A DNA stretch of 51,929 nucleotides from a virus (taxonomy: Duplodnaviria > Caudoviricetes). The position numbers were made by a program, and so were the translations under genes. The notes under the pieces were generated by a model. The model worked only from the letters and a program-made list of their open reading frames with translations, ran no database searches and was not told where the DNA came from. Shown here piece by piece: positions 1 through 9,527 of this stretch. The stretch is from the IMG/VR virus record IMGVR_UViG_3300032017_000002, positions 1 through 51,929 of that record; one strand, written 5' to 3'. Within the stretch, counting starts at the first letter, position 1. Every line of letters begins with the position of its first letter.

Positions 1-2
1 CC

Positions 3-1298
3 CTGCCCGACACGTTCTCGAACGGGCTGGACGCGACCACCGACACCGTGTCGACGTTCTTCACCACGACGTTGCCCAACGCCGTGTCCGATGGGGTCTC
101 GGTGGCCTTCACGGCGGTGACCGATTTCTTCACCGACCTCCCCTACAAGGTCGGGTTCGCCCTCGGCCAGGTCATCGGGCACGTGGTCAATTTCGGCCAG
201 TCCGTGATCGACATGTTCGCGAACCTGCCGACCCGCATCGGGGAGATCTTCGACAGCTTCTCCGACACCGTGGTGGACGAGGCGACCGAGGCCGGCCAGG
301 GGGTCCTGGAGACCACGACGACCTGGTTCGACGACACGGTGGCCTTCCTGGCCGAGCTGCCCGGCAAGGTCGGTACCGCGATCGCTGATTTCGTCACGGT
401 GGCCGTGCAGACCGCGACGGACGCGGGGACGAGCTTCCTCGCCACCGTGCAGCTCTGGTTCGACAACACGGTCGCGTTCCTGTCCACGCTGCCCGGCAAG
501 ATCCAGGCGGCCATCGTGGGGTTTGTCGACGTCGCGGTGACGACCGCGCAGGACGCCATGAACGGGTTCTTCGCCAGCATCGTCGCCATCTGGACGCAGG
601 TGCAGATCTTCCTGCAGTCCATCCCGGGCCGGATCCAGGCGGCCATCGGCTACCTCGGCAACCTGCTGTTCAACGCCGGACGTGACCTCATCGACGGCCT
701 GGGACGCGGGATCCGGGCCGCCTATCAGGGCCTGCTCGACTTCGTGTCCGGGATCGCGGACGGGATCGCCTCAGTCAAGGGCCCGCTGTCCTACGACAAG
801 ATCGTCCTCGTGCCGCACGGCGAGGCGCTGATGGCCGGCCTCGAGTTCGGCATCCGCACCGGTGAAGAAAAGGTCCTCGAGTACGTCGCCGGGACGGCCG
901 ACCGGATCGCCCAAGCCACGCAGGCCGGCCTGGGCGCCAGCGGCCTGGGCTCGGCCGCGCAGGAGGCGCTGAGCCGGCTCAACTCCGGCGGGCGGCTGTT
1001 CGAGGACTTCACCTTCCAGGGACAGTCGGCCAACCTCGGGCGATTCAACGACGCGCTGGTGGACCGGTTCAAGGCCAGCGGCGGCGGGGACGTGCGCGCC
1101 TTCCTGGAGGCGATCGTGGCCAGCGAGACCCGCGCCGCGCAGGCGCCGGTGGCCAACTCGCCCGCCGACGAGCCGGGCATCCAGGTGCGGGTGTTCATCG
1201 GCCAGCGCGAGCTGACCGACCTGGTACTCGAGATCGTCGGCGCGCAGGACCGTACGACCGCGCAGCGCCTGCGCGCGGGCACGGGCACGACGTGGTGA
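3..1298 (+). CDS. Tape measure protein, C-terminal part (frame open to the left edge)
   Basis: Frame is open from position 3 (LPDTFSNGLD...). Periodic amphipathic repeats (WFDDTVAFLAELPGK / WFDNTVAFLSTLPGK), a typical TMP segment 'LFNAGRDLIDGLGRGI...KGPLSYDK' and a terminal 'VRVFIGQRELT'. Directly upstream of minor tail genes. Confidence 0.88.
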   Translation: MPDTFSNGLDATTDTVSTFFTTTLPNAVSDGVSVAFTAVTDFFTDLPYKVGFALGQVIGHVVNFGQSVIDMFANLPTRIGEIFDSFSDTVVDEATEAGQGVLETTTTWFDDTVAFLAELPGKVGTAIADFVTVAVQTATDAGTSFLATVQLWFDNTVAFLSTLPGKIQAAIVGFVDVAVTTAQDAMNGFFASIVAIWTQVQIFLQSIPGRIQAAIGYLGNLLFNAGRDLIDGLGRGIRAAYQGLLDFVSGIADGIASVKGPLSYDKIVLVPHGEALMAGLEFGIRTGEEKVLEYVAGTADRIAQATQAGLGASGLGSAAQEALSRLNSGGRLFEDFTFQGQSANLGRFNDALVDRFKASGGGDVRAFLEAIVASETRAAQAPVANSPADEPGIQVRVFIGQRELTDLVLEIVGAQDRTTAQRLRAGTGTTW

Positions 1299-1308
1299 GG
1301 GCGCGATA

Positions 1309-2796
1309 GTGGCCACCCGGCAGAACATCTGCATCGTCCCGGCGCTCAAGATCGACGACGGGGCGCCCGGCGCGCCCTGGAACGACCTGACCCCGGGCGA
1401 CTGGGCGCGCACCGCCAGCGCGCACGCCAGCCTGCCGCGCTCCACAGCGTTCGCCGGGACGACCGCGACGAACCTGGTCTGCAGCCTGGCCACCGGGGCG
1501 AGCGCCGGCAAGTACTACGTCGTCTCGGTCAGCGTGCGTGCGGTCGGCCCCCAGGTCGGCGTGCTGAACATCGACTGGAAGACCTCGGGCAACGTCTTCA
1601 TCTCGACCACCAACGGCGCCGGGTCCGACTACGGCGAGTTCAACCTGTCCGGTAGCTCGACCACCCGGGTCGCGGTGCTCGGCCAGGCGCCCACCAACAC
1701 GGCCCGGGTGGTGCCCGTGCTGGCCGGCATGGACGCCGGCGGTGCGCAGGCCACCGCGTGCATGATCCGTGAGTTCACCACGTTGGTCGACGCCGAGGCC
1801 GCGCTGGAGCTGGACCGGCTGGCCGCCGAGTACTTCGACGGCGACTCCGACGGCGCGAGCTGGGACGGCGCGGACGGCGAGTCGACCTCGACCATCGTGC
1901 TCGACGAGCCGCCGCAGCTGCTGGCCGCGCTGCCCGGTCCGAGCGCGGTGCTGACCCCGCAGGTCACGATCACCGCAGTCGAGCTGACCGCCGCGTTGCC
2001 GTCCCCGGCGGCGGCGATCGGCCTGCTGGTCTCGGCGCTCTACGACGACCGGCGCGGGCGCATCCGGGTCGGCGCGCAGGGCCTGGCCGGGTCGGTGGTG
2101 CGCGCCGTGGTCTCGCACCGCAAGGCCGGCACGAGCACCTGGAGCGAGGTGCGCGGCGGGCGGGTCCCGGTGGTAGACGCGGCGTTCGCGCGGACCGTGG
2201 ACGACTACGAGTTCTCCTCGGGCGCCACGATGGAATACCGCATCCAGGGTCTGTCGACCCAGGAGGGCGAGCCGGACGCGGTGGTGCAGACCCGCATCAT
2301 CGACGTCGGCCCGGTGCTCGAACGGGTGTGGATCAAGTTCATTGCTCGCCCGTTTCTGAACCGCCGCGTCGAGCTGGTCGGGTGGTCGGCGATCCGGCGC
2401 CGCTCCCGCGCGGCCCGCTTCGACGTGGCCGGGGCGAAGCTGCCGGTGGTCACCACGGACAAGCACCTGGGCCGGGAGTTCTCCGTGGACGTCGCGGTGC
2501 ACACCGTGGCCGACCGGGACACCCTGGACAACGCGCTGTCCGACGGCGTGCCCATCTTCCTGCACACGCCGAGCACGGTGGCCTGCCCGACGCTCTACGC
2601 CTCGGTGGGCGACTACGAGTACAACCGCCCGGCCAGCAGGTCCAAGCGCTCGATCTTCACCATCCCGTTGGTGGAGATCGCCGCGCCGCCCCCGTCGGTG
2701 GTCGGGGTCGGGTTGACCTACGCGGTGCTGGCCACCCAGGCGGGCACCTACGCCGACATCCCGGGGCTCTACCCGACCTACGCGGACATGGGGTGA
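1309..2796 (+). CDS. Minor tail protein (distal-tail-like, with an N-terminal extra beta domain)
   Basis: First gene after the TMP; 'DDYEF...YRI' and 'R.FTIPLVEI..P' segments resemble actinophage minor tail proteins. Confidence 0.7.
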   Translation: MATRQNICIVPALKIDDGAPGAPWNDLTPGDWARTASAHASLPRSTAFAGTTATNLVCSLATGASAGKYYVVSVSVRAVGPQVGVLNIDWKTSGNVFISTTNGAGSDYGEFNLSGSSTTRVAVLGQAPTNTARVVPVLAGMDAGGAQATACMIREFTTLVDAEAALELDRLAAEYFDGDSDGASWDGADGESTSTIVLDEPPQLLAALPGPSAVLTPQVTITAVELTAALPSPAAAIGLLVSALYDDRRGRIRVGAQGLAGSVVRAVVSHRKAGTSTWSEVRGGRVPVVDAAFARTVDDYEFSSGATMEYRIQGLSTQEGEPDAVVQTRIIDVGPVLERVWIKFIARPFLNRRVELVGWSAIRRRSRAARFDVAGAKLPVVTTDKHLGREFSVDVAVHTVADRDTLDNALSDGVPIFLHTPSTVACPTLYASVGDYEYNRPASRSKRSIFTIPLVEIAAPPPSVVGVGLTYAVLATQAGTYADIPGLYPTYADMG

Positions 2797-2802
2797 GCGG
2801 CG

Positions 2803-4752
2803 ATGGTCTATGACGTCAGTGACCGGTTCCGCCGCACGATCAGCGGCAGTCACCTGGTCGCGGTGCGGACCCAGCTGCTGGAGACGATCCAATTCGGCGC
2901 GGCGCCGACCGGTGGGACCGTGCTGCCGCTGCTGGGTGGCGGGCTGAACCTGTCGGCGTCCACGGACATCAAGGGCAGCCTTCGGATCACCGTGCCGGCC
3001 GACTACTGGGAGGCGTGCCAGCCCTACGGCACCGAGATCTTCGTGGAACGCGGGATCGACTACGGGGACGGCACCCGCGAGCTGGTACCGCTGGGCTACT
3101 ACCGCATCCAGGACGTCGAGCAGACCGACGAGCCGTTCGGGCCGATCGCGGTCACCGCCGACGACCGCACGGCCACGCTGCAGGACGTGCGGGTCATCTA
3201 CCCGTACCAGGTGCCGCCGGCCACCACGCACCGCGCGATCTTCGAGCGCCTGGTGAACGGCACCCTGGACGGCGCCGAGGACGAGTCCGGCACCTACGGC
3301 ATGTACCCGTCGGGGCCCGACGTGGCCATCGACTGGGACGACGCGGGCTACGACCCGGACGCGGTCACCGTGGCCAGCGGGCTGACCGTGGACGACTACG
3401 TCTACGACTTCCTGGCCAAGCTGGTCGACTCGCGTAACGCAGTGATCGCCTTCCGGCCGACCGGTGAGCTGGCCGTCATCGCGCGCGAGCCGGACCCGGA
3501 CGCGCCCGCGGTGCTCACCGTGCGTCCGGGTGACGGCGGCACGCTGGTGCGCCAGAGCCGGCGCACCAGCCGCAAGGGCGTCTACAACATCGTCCGCGCG
3601 ACCGGCTCGGACCCGGGGTTCGCCACCGGTTACCGGCTCGCCTACATCGCCGACACCGACTCGCCGCTGTTCTGGGCGGGCCGGATGGGCGCGCTGGTGC
3701 GCTACTACGCGTCCCCGCTGCTGCGCACCACCGAGGCAGCCGCCGAGGCCGCTCTGTCGATCCTGGGGCGCTCCACTGGCCTGCCCACCGAGCGTTCGCT
3801 GTGGACGGTGCCGGACCCGTCGCTGCAGCCGTTCGACAAGATCAACTCGATCGGCAAGGACGGCATCCCGCTCACCCACATCATCGACGGGATCGACATC
3901 CCGCTGGTGGTCGACTCGGGGTCCCCCGAGCTGCAGATCCGCACGCGCACCACCAACCCGGTCGGCGAGGTGGAGAACGACCCGACTCCGCCCCCGCCAC
4001 CGGATCCGGAGGACCCTCCGGGCGAGGACCCCGGGTCGGGCGATCCCGGCGGCGGACCCGGGGGCAGTCCGGACCCGGCCGATGGCACCCAGCAGGGCGT
4101 GCTGGGCGGGTGGGGTCCGGTCATCGCGGGTGACGAGTTCAACGACGACTCGATCGACACCAACCTGTGGGGTCTCTACAACTCCGAGGGGCACGCCGGC
4201 AACGGCCTGCGCCGGGCGTCGGCGTTCACTCAGACCGGCGGGGTGCTGCGCATCCACGGCGAGAACAAGGTCAGCGGTGGCGCGGCGTTCAAGCGCTCGT
4301 CCTACGGCTACCGGGTCGAGTGCCGGGTGCGCGTCTACCACACCGGCGGCGGCACCAACGACCGCTATCACCCGGTGCTCATCCTCTGGCCGAGCAATGA
4401 CCAGTGGCCAGCCGGCGCCGAGTACGACTACTTCGAGTGCGACGAGGGCACCGGCGAGTTCGGGCTGTTCATGCACCTGCCGAACCACACCCCGTACCGC
4501 CAGGATCATTACTCCGAAGCGCTGGACATCCAGAATTGGCACAACTACGCCTGCGAGTGGAACCCGCAGGCCAGGACGCTGCGGACCTGGATCGACGGGC
4601 GCCTGGTCTACAACGGCTCCGGCCGGGTCGCCGACGCGCCGTTCCCGATGCACCCGACCTTCCAGCTCGACGACTTCGGCGGCAACCCGCGCCCGTGCAA
4701 CTTCGAGATGGCCTGGATGCGCATCTACGGCAAGCCCAACGGCGGTGGCTGA
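2803..4752 (+). CDS. Tail tip/baseplate hub protein with C-terminal GH16-like glycoside hydrolase domain
   Basis: N-part 'PYGTEIFVERGIDYGDG..ELVPLGYYRI' and 'SRKGVYNIVRATG' fit actinophage hub proteins. A Pro/Gly linker is followed by 'GDEFN...W', 'WPAGAEYDYFE' (E-x-D-x-x-E) and 'WHNYACEW...WIDG'. Confidence 0.8.
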   Translation: MVYDVSDRFRRTISGSHLVAVRTQLLETIQFGAAPTGGTVLPLLGGGLNLSASTDIKGSLRITVPADYWEACQPYGTEIFVERGIDYGDGTRELVPLGYYRIQDVEQTDEPFGPIAVTADDRTATLQDVRVIYPYQVPPATTHRAIFERLVNGTLDGAEDESGTYGMYPSGPDVAIDWDDAGYDPDAVTVASGLTVDDYVYDFLAKLVDSRNAVIAFRPTGELAVIAREPDPDAPAVLTVRPGDGGTLVRQSRRTSRKGVYNIVRATGSDPGFATGYRLAYIADTDSPLFWAGRMGALVRYYASPLLRTTEAAAEAALSILGRSTGLPTERSLWTVPDPSLQPFDKINSIGKDGIPLTHIIDGIDIPLVVDSGSPELQIRTRTTNPVGEVENDPTPPPPPDPEDPPGEDPGSGDPGGGPGGSPDPADGTQQGVLGGWGPVIAGDEFNDDSIDTNLWGLYNSEGHAGNGLRRASAFTQTGGVLRIHGENKVSGGAAFKRSSYGYRVECRVRVYHTGGGTNDRYHPVLILWPSNDQWPAGAEYDYFECDEGTGEFGLFMHLPNHTPYRQDHYSEALDIQNWHNYACEWNPQARTLRTWIDGRLVYNGSGRVADAPFPMHPTFQLDDFGGNPRPCNFEMAWMRIYGKPNGGG

Positions 4753-5015
4753 TGAGCTTCCCCGGACTGTCCAGCGACACCGCGCGCGAGCTGCTGGGCG
4801 CGCCCGACGGCGGCACCCTGCTGGTCTACGCCGGCTACATGACCGAGTGGGACCCGGTGACGCGGGAGAACGTGGTGGCCGGCGGCGCGCAGACCTTCGT
4901 CAACCTGCACATGATCAACCCGACCGCGCTGTCCGTCGGACCGGTGCTCTTGATCGAGACACCGGCTGCGCCGATCATCCTCGGACGGATCTACAACGCC
5001 GAGCCGGCACCATGA
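4752..5015 (+). CDS. Small minor tail protein
   Basis: ATG overlaps the upstream TGA (TGATG); ends 'IILGRI' like small tail-tip proteins. Confidence 0.6.
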   Translation: MSFPGLSSDTARELLGAPDGGTLLVYAGYMTEWDPVTRENVVAGGAQTFVNLHMINPTALSVGPVLLIETPAAPIILGRIYNAEPAP

Positions 5016-5025
5016 GGGAGGGGCG

Positions 5026-5400
5026 ATGACCGCAGCGCTCTACGAGCCGCTGGCCAACATCATGCTGGACACGCTCGGCGCCACCGGCGCGGAGTACGAC
5101 TGGCTGCAGCTGCACACCGGCGATCCGGGCGCGGCGGGCACCAGCAACATCGCCGCCGAGTCGACCCGCTTCCAGGTCGTGTGGGACACGGCCGCCGACG
5201 GGTCGATCCAGCCGACCACCGAGGTGGACATCACCACGGTGGCGGCCACCGAGACCTGGCTGTTCTTCACCGCCTGGACGCAGTCCACCGGCGGCACGGT
5301 CGGCCTGGTCGGCGTCGTCTCGGTGGGGTCGGTGACCGCCGGCGCGGACGTCACGCTGCCCCCGGAGTCGATCACAGTCACGTTCCCGCTGAAGACCTGA
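5026..5400 (+). CDS. Minor tail/fibre-associated structural protein
   Basis: GAGG RBS; 'LQLHTGDPGAAGTSN' motif common in phage tail-fibre-associated proteins. Confidence 0.65.
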   Translation: MTAALYEPLANIMLDTLGATGAEYDWLQLHTGDPGAAGTSNIAAESTRFQVVWDTAADGSIQPTTEVDITTVAATETWLFFTAWTQSTGGTVGLVGVVSVGSVTAGADVTLPPESITVTFPLKT

Positions 5401-5410
5401 AGGGCCGACC

Positions 5411-6139
5411 ATGGGCGAGACGACCCGGTGGGACATCCGCTACCCGGAGCCGGGCGACGAGACGAACGTGCCGCTGGACCTGGCCGAGCTGGCCGAGGAC
5501 GTGGAGGACGGACTGGGTCGGGCGTTCGCGTGCACCTCGAGCACGCGACCCACCGGCGTGCCGGCGGGCTTCCTGATCTACGAGACCGACACCGACCTGG
5601 TGCTGGTCTACGACGGCGCCGGCTGGATCGGCACCGGCTCGGGCGGCTCCGGCGGGGGTGGGGGCGGGTCCGTGGTCGGCGGGCGCTGGTCGGCCGGGTC
5701 CAGCGCGCAGTCCATCCCGAACACCACGTCCGGGCCCGGCACGATCGTGGCGTTCGGCACCGTCGTGTCCGGCTCGGGCATCCCGGCGCCGGCTGGCGTC
5801 ACCCGGACCACCGAGGGCGCCGGCCACAAGTTCGCACTGACCGACTCCGGCCTCTGGTCGGCGGCCGCGCAGGCGCGCGTGGCCAGCTCAGCGGCGGCAG
5901 GTGAGATGAGCCTGTCGGTGTGGGCCGACCTGGCTGGCGGCACCAGCTTCGACTACAACATCGGCGCCGACGGGGCCCGGCGCGAGGGTCTGCCGCGCTC
6001 GCTGAACGCCGGCAAGCCCACCTACCTGCCCGCGGGCACCACGCTGGTCGCCTACCTCTACAACGGCACCGGCACCACGCGCACCCTCGAGCCGAACTCC
6101 GGCGCCTGGGTGCACATGGACATCTGGCGGGTGGGCTGA
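5411..6139 (+). CDS. Minor tail protein
   Basis: 'CTSSTRP..VPAGFLIYETDT..VLVYDGAGW' motif, Gly linker and beta-rich C-terminus. Confidence 0.7.
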   Translation: MGETTRWDIRYPEPGDETNVPLDLAELAEDVEDGLGRAFACTSSTRPTGVPAGFLIYETDTDLVLVYDGAGWIGTGSGGSGGGGGGSVVGGRWSAGSSAQSIPNTTSGPGTIVAFGTVVSGSGIPAPAGVTRTTEGAGHKFALTDSGLWSAAAQARVASSAAAGEMSLSVWADLAGGTSFDYNIGADGARREGLPRSLNAGKPTYLPAGTTLVAYLYNGTGTTRTLEPNSGAWVHMDIWRVG

Positions 6140-6537
6140 TGGCCGAGGTGGGCGCCCTGCTCGAGCGGCTCGACGTCGTGCATCTGGCCGGCACGCCGTT
6201 CGAGCTGCCGGTGCCGGTGCTGCAGGGCGACGGCACGGCGACCCCGACGGCCTCGGTCACCGATGCCCGCGCGCACGTGCGTGCCTCGGTGGACTCGGAC
6301 GTGATCCTCTACGTGTTCTCGGTCGACGACGACACGATCGAGCTGGTCGACGACGGCGGCGAGTCGGTGGTGCGCCTGCACGTCGACTCCGCCGAGACCG
6401 ACGAATGGCAGCTGCTCTGGCCGGGCCGCGATGGTCGCGCCGTCGTCTGGTGGGACCTGGAGATCACCACCAGCGACGGCGCCGAGCAGATCATCGCGCC
6501 CAGCACTTTCACCCTCTACCACCAGGTCACCCGATGA
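6139..6537 (+). CDS. Structural protein (BppU/Ig-like beta sandwich, tentative)
   Basis: TGATG coupling to the upstream gene; 'WWDLEIT...G...F' motif. Confidence 0.5.
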   Translation: MAEVGALLERLDVVHLAGTPFELPVPVLQGDGTATPTASVTDARAHVRASVDSDVILYVFSVDDDTIELVDDGGESVVRLHVDSAETDEWQLLWPGRDGRAVVWWDLEITTSDGAEQIIAPSTFTLYHQVTR

Positions 6538-6628
6538 CCCGCTGTTGTAGCCATAGGGCGCTCCTATGTGCCGAGCGGACAGCTTCCCCCCGCCTTCCTT
6601 CCAGGTCCACCCGATCGGAGCAGTGCCC

Positions 6629-7048
6629 GTGACGATCACCCTGTCCACCACCCTGCGCAACGCACTGGCCGACCTGCTGGCGGACTCACTGGACGGCGGG
6701 TCCGGCGCCGGCTACGTCGAGATCCGCTCCGGCACCCGCCCGGCCGGACCCGGCACCACGGCCACCGGCACCCTGCTGGCGACCGTGGTGTTCGCGGACC
6801 CCGCGTTCGGCGCGGCCAGCTCGGGCGCCTGCACGCTCACCAACCCGGCCAGTGTCGACGCGGTAGCCACCGGCACGGCTACCTGGTGCCGGTTCTTCAC
6901 CAGCGACGCCACCGCGCTGTTCGACGGCCGGGTTACCGCGACCGGCGGCGGCGGTGACATCACGCTGGAGGACACGGCACTGGTGTCCGGCGAGGCGGTC
7001 GATATCACCGGGGGCACGCTGACCCAGCCGGCCGGGACGGCTGACTGA
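6629..7048 (+). CDS. Minor virion structural protein
   Basis: GGAG at 6617-6620 before GTG; 'EIRSGTRPA...GTLLAT...DAVATGTATWCR...DG.V...GGGD' is a widespread phage structural family. Confidence 0.7.
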   Translation: MTITLSTTLRNALADLLADSLDGGSGAGYVEIRSGTRPAGPGTTATGTLLATVVFADPAFGAASSGACTLTNPASVDAVATGTATWCRFFTSDATALFDGRVTATGGGGDITLEDTALVSGEAVDITGGTLTQPAGTAD

Positions 7049-7051
7049 CCC

Positions 7052-8098
7052 GTGTCCGCCCGAGCCAACGCAGGTACCGACCTGCTGACCCGCGCATCCC
7101 CGCCGTCCGTGTCGGCGGGGATCACGCTGCTGTGCTGGGTCATGGCCAGGGTGGACACCAACGACTTCGCGACCATCGCGCGTATCCATGCGTCCGGCTC
7201 GACCATCCTCACCTGGGCGGCCAGCTCGGACGGCCTGGGTGGGCCGAACTACTTCACCGGCGGCGGCACGGTCAGCTCGTCCACCGGGCTGGCTGTGGAC
7301 GCCTGGCGCAAGGTCGCGGTCTCCTGCTCGGGCACCACGGCCAAGATCTACACGCAGGATCCCGGCAACGCGACCGAGGTGGACTCGGGCGCGGTCAGCA
7401 GTTCGGGCACCCCCACCGAGATCGCCCTGTTCAGCCGGGGCGGCGGCGACACCAGCGAGTTCCTGAACGGCCGCATCGGCTACTTCCGAGTGTTCGCCGC
7501 CGAGCTGACCCAGGGCCAGATCGAAGCAGAGTGGGACTCGGCCACCGCGATCCAGACGGCCTGGGCCGACTGGCCGCTGATCGCGGACCTGAACGACATC
7601 AGCGGCAACGCCCGCCACCTGTCCGCCGGCGCGACCGCGGTCGACTTCGAGGACGATCCGCCGCTGCCCGCCGGCACGACCGGCGAGCTGGCCGCGTCCA
7701 TCCCGCTGCAGACGGTCGCGCTCGCCGGTGACGTGATCGTCGGCGGCGCGGTGGCCGTGTCCATCCCGCTGCAGACCCTGGCTCTGCCCGGCGAGGTCGT
7801 CACCGGCGGGGCCGTGGCGGTCTCGATCCCCCTGCAGACCCTCGCGCTGCCCGGTGACGTGACCACCGGCGGCGCGGTCGCGGTGTCCATCCCGCTGCAG
7901 CAGCTCGCCCTGCCCGGCGAGGTGGTCACCGGCGGCGCACTGGCCGCGTCCATCCCGCTGCAGACCGTCCACCTCTTCGGCGCCGAGGACGTCGCGCTGG
8001 TGCGCCCGTTGCGCGCGGGTGCTGCCACCAAGACCGCCGGCCGCCGGGCCGGTGCTGCCACCAAGACCGCCGGCCGCCGGGCCGGTGTGGTGAGCTGA
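7052..8098 (+). CDS. LamG/concanavalin-like domain tail-fibre protein with C-terminal repeats
   Basis: 'WRKVAV...KIY...FLNGRIGYFRVF...LTQ.QI..E' fits LamG-like domains; five 21-aa repeats follow. Confidence 0.65.
   Translation: MSARANAGTDLLTRASPPSVSAGITLLCWVMARVDTNDFATIARIHASGSTILTWAASSDGLGGPNYFTGGGTVSSSTGLAVDAWRKVAVSCSGTTAKIYTQDPGNATEVDSGAVSSSGTPTEIALFSRGGGDTSEFLNGRIGYFRVFAAELTQGQIEAEWDSATAIQTAWADWPLIADLNDISGNARHLSAGATAVDFEDDPPLPAGTTGELAASIPLQTVALAGDVIVGGAVAVSIPLQTLALPGEVVTGGAVAVSIPLQTLALPGDVTTGGAVAVSIPLQQLALPGEVVTGGALAASIPLQTVHLFGAEDVALVRPLRAGAATKTAGRRAGAATKTAGRRAGVVS
7690..7967 (+). repeat. Five 63-bp coding repeats (SIPLQTLALPGEVVTGGAVAV-like)
   Basis: tccatcccgctgcag-type sequence recurs at 63-bp intervals; visible in the translation. 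Confidence 0.9.
8018..8087 (+). repeat. Perfect 33-bp tandem duplication (GAATKTAGRRA x2)
   Basis: ggtgctgccaccaagaccgccggccgccgggcc at 8018-8050 and 8051-8083. Confidence 0.95.
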
Positions 8099-8113
8099 GA
8101 CGAGGACTCGCCT

Positions 8114-8416
8114 TTGATGCCCCTCTGGGTGCTCGATGCCCTGCGCCTGATCAGCTGCGCACTGGCGGTGGCCATGGTGCCGGCGTCGATCGCCGCCGCG
8201 TTCATGCGGGCGCGCCCGTGGGACGAACGGCTGATGATCCTCGGGCTGGTGGGCTTCGGGGTGCTGCTGGCCTGGGCCTACCTGCAGGGGTTGGGCACGC
8301 CCGGCTCGCCGGGCGTCGGGTGGCGGATCGCGCTGCTGGCGCTGGTCACCTCCGGTGCGACTGTCGGCTCGGTGATCCACGCTGTGCGCGAGTGGCAACG
8401 CCTGCGCCGGCAGTGA
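8114..8416 (+). CDS. Three-TM membrane protein (possible holin or lysis accessory)
   Basis: Three hydrophobic segments, basic C-terminus, GAGG RBS. Confidence 0.55.
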   Translation: MMPLWVLDALRLISCALAVAMVPASIAAAFMRARPWDERLMILGLVGFGVLLAWAYLQGLGTPGSPGVGWRIALLALVTSGATVGSVIHAVREWQRLRRQ

Positions 8417-8464
8417 CATCCATGTAGTCCCGACCGGGCGGGGCCGGCCAGCGCATGCAAGGAG

Positions 8465-8767
8465 GTGGCCGGTATGTCGGTCGAAGTGGTCAACGCAGTG
8501 TTCTCGGGTCTGGTGGTGCTGCTGACGCTGTTCACCACCTCCGCGACGATCCGGGCACGTCGGGTCGCGGTTGACCGACGGGCCTACCGTGAGCTTCAGC
8601 GAGACCATGTCGTGGCCCTGCAGCACATCTACGAGCTTGAGCTGATGGTCGCGGCCCGCGGGATCACCCCACCGAAGCGGCCCGACAGACTGGAGACCAC
8701 CGACGATGACGGCACATCCGGCAACCCCCCTGCCCTTCCTCCCGCGCCCCAACCGAGTCCCCGCTGA
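8465..8767 (+). CDS. Single-TM membrane protein with coiled coil
   Basis: N-terminal TM then 'RELQRDH...HIYELE'; position typical of actinophage lysis-region genes. Confidence 0.55.
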   Translation: MAGMSVEVVNAVFSGLVVLLTLFTTSATIRARRVAVDRRAYRELQRDHVVALQHIYELELMVAARGITPPKRPDRLETTDDDGTSGNPPALPPAPQPSPR

Positions 8768-8976
8768 GCGACCCGGCCGCCTGGTGGCCGCCGGGTTGGT
8801 GGGTCTGGCCGTGGTGGTGCTGGGCGCCGGTGTCGTCCAGGCCGTGCAGGCCGGCCGGGACGCCGACCAGCGCGATCAGCTGGTGCAGGTGGTCGATCGG
8901 GCGTGCGCGCAGGGCCGCCTGCCTGCGGACGTGTGCGCGGCCGGCCAGCGCGCCGCCGAGTAGCTCACCCGACGTG

Positions 8977-9019
8977 AAACGACCCGAGCACCGTCTACGG
9001 CGCTCGGGTCGGTCCGTTT
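8977..9019. terminator. Hairpin between convergent late (+) and early (-) transcription units
   Basis: cgacccgagcaccg-tcta-cggcgctcgggtcg inverted repeat where gene orientation switches. Confidence 0.7.
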
Positions 9020-9048
9020 GTCCCTGGAAGGACGGAGATCAGGTTAGC

Positions 9049-9246
9049 TCAGCAGTAGGGGCCGGGGCAGACGCCGTTGCGGATGGTTCGCCCGCACTTA
9101 CAGGGGCGCGGACGCGGGTCGATGCCGGCGCGGCGCGCAGCCTTCGCGTGGCCGCGCTGCACGTTCGTGCAGATGCACGCCGCACGCAGGCGTTTGCAGG
9201 CCACGCAGCGCTGCTCGCGCAGGCGGGACAGACGCGGCCAGGGCAT
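9049..9246 (-). CDS. Small Cys-rich basic protein
   Basis: Several CxxC/CxC motifs; coupled to the upstream gene. Confidence 0.45.
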   Translation of the reverse strand: MPWPRLSRLREQRCVACKRLRAACICTNVQRGHAKAARRAGIDPRPRPCKCGRTIRNGVCPGPYC

Positions 9247-9527
9247 CAGCGCGGCGGGGGGTCGTCGAGCTGGGCCACCAGGTCGGGCATCTGCACGGTC
9301 AGGTCGGCGTCGTAGATCAGCCGAAGCTCGCGCTTGGTGATCAGCAGCATCGGCCAGGGGGATCCCCCTCGGCTGCCGAACAGCGAGATCAGGACGGCTT
9401 GAGCGGCCATCCAGATCGACGGCTGGTCGCTATCGCCCTCCTGGCGCTGCCAGGCGACTCCGTCGGGGTCGAGCACCACGGAGCCGACGGCCGGCTCGGG
9501 TGGCGACTGGGCGGTGAAGGTGCGCAC
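9246..9527 (-). CDS. Hypothetical phage protein
   Basis: 'EPAVGSVVLDPDGVAWQR...W...W.MLL' pattern seen in actinophage hypotheticals; TAGTG coupling. Confidence 0.55.
   Translation of the reverse strand: MRTFTAQSPPEPAVGSVVLDPDGVAWQRQEGDSDQPSIWMAAQAVLISLFGSRGGSPWPMLLITKRELRLIYDADLTVQMPDLVAQLDDPPPR

Noticed and set aside
1195-4653. 1152-aa minus-strand ORF and similar long antisense ORFs (6686-8752, 21998-23326 part, 33435-34964, 40457-42106, 50355-51749)
   Set aside because: Shadow frames of real genes in high-GC DNA; Arg/Gly/Pro-rich with no recognisable motifs.
7052-8098. Diversity-generating retroelement in the tail-fibre repeats
   Set aside because: No reverse transcriptase, and repeat differences are mostly synonymous rather than adenine-specific.
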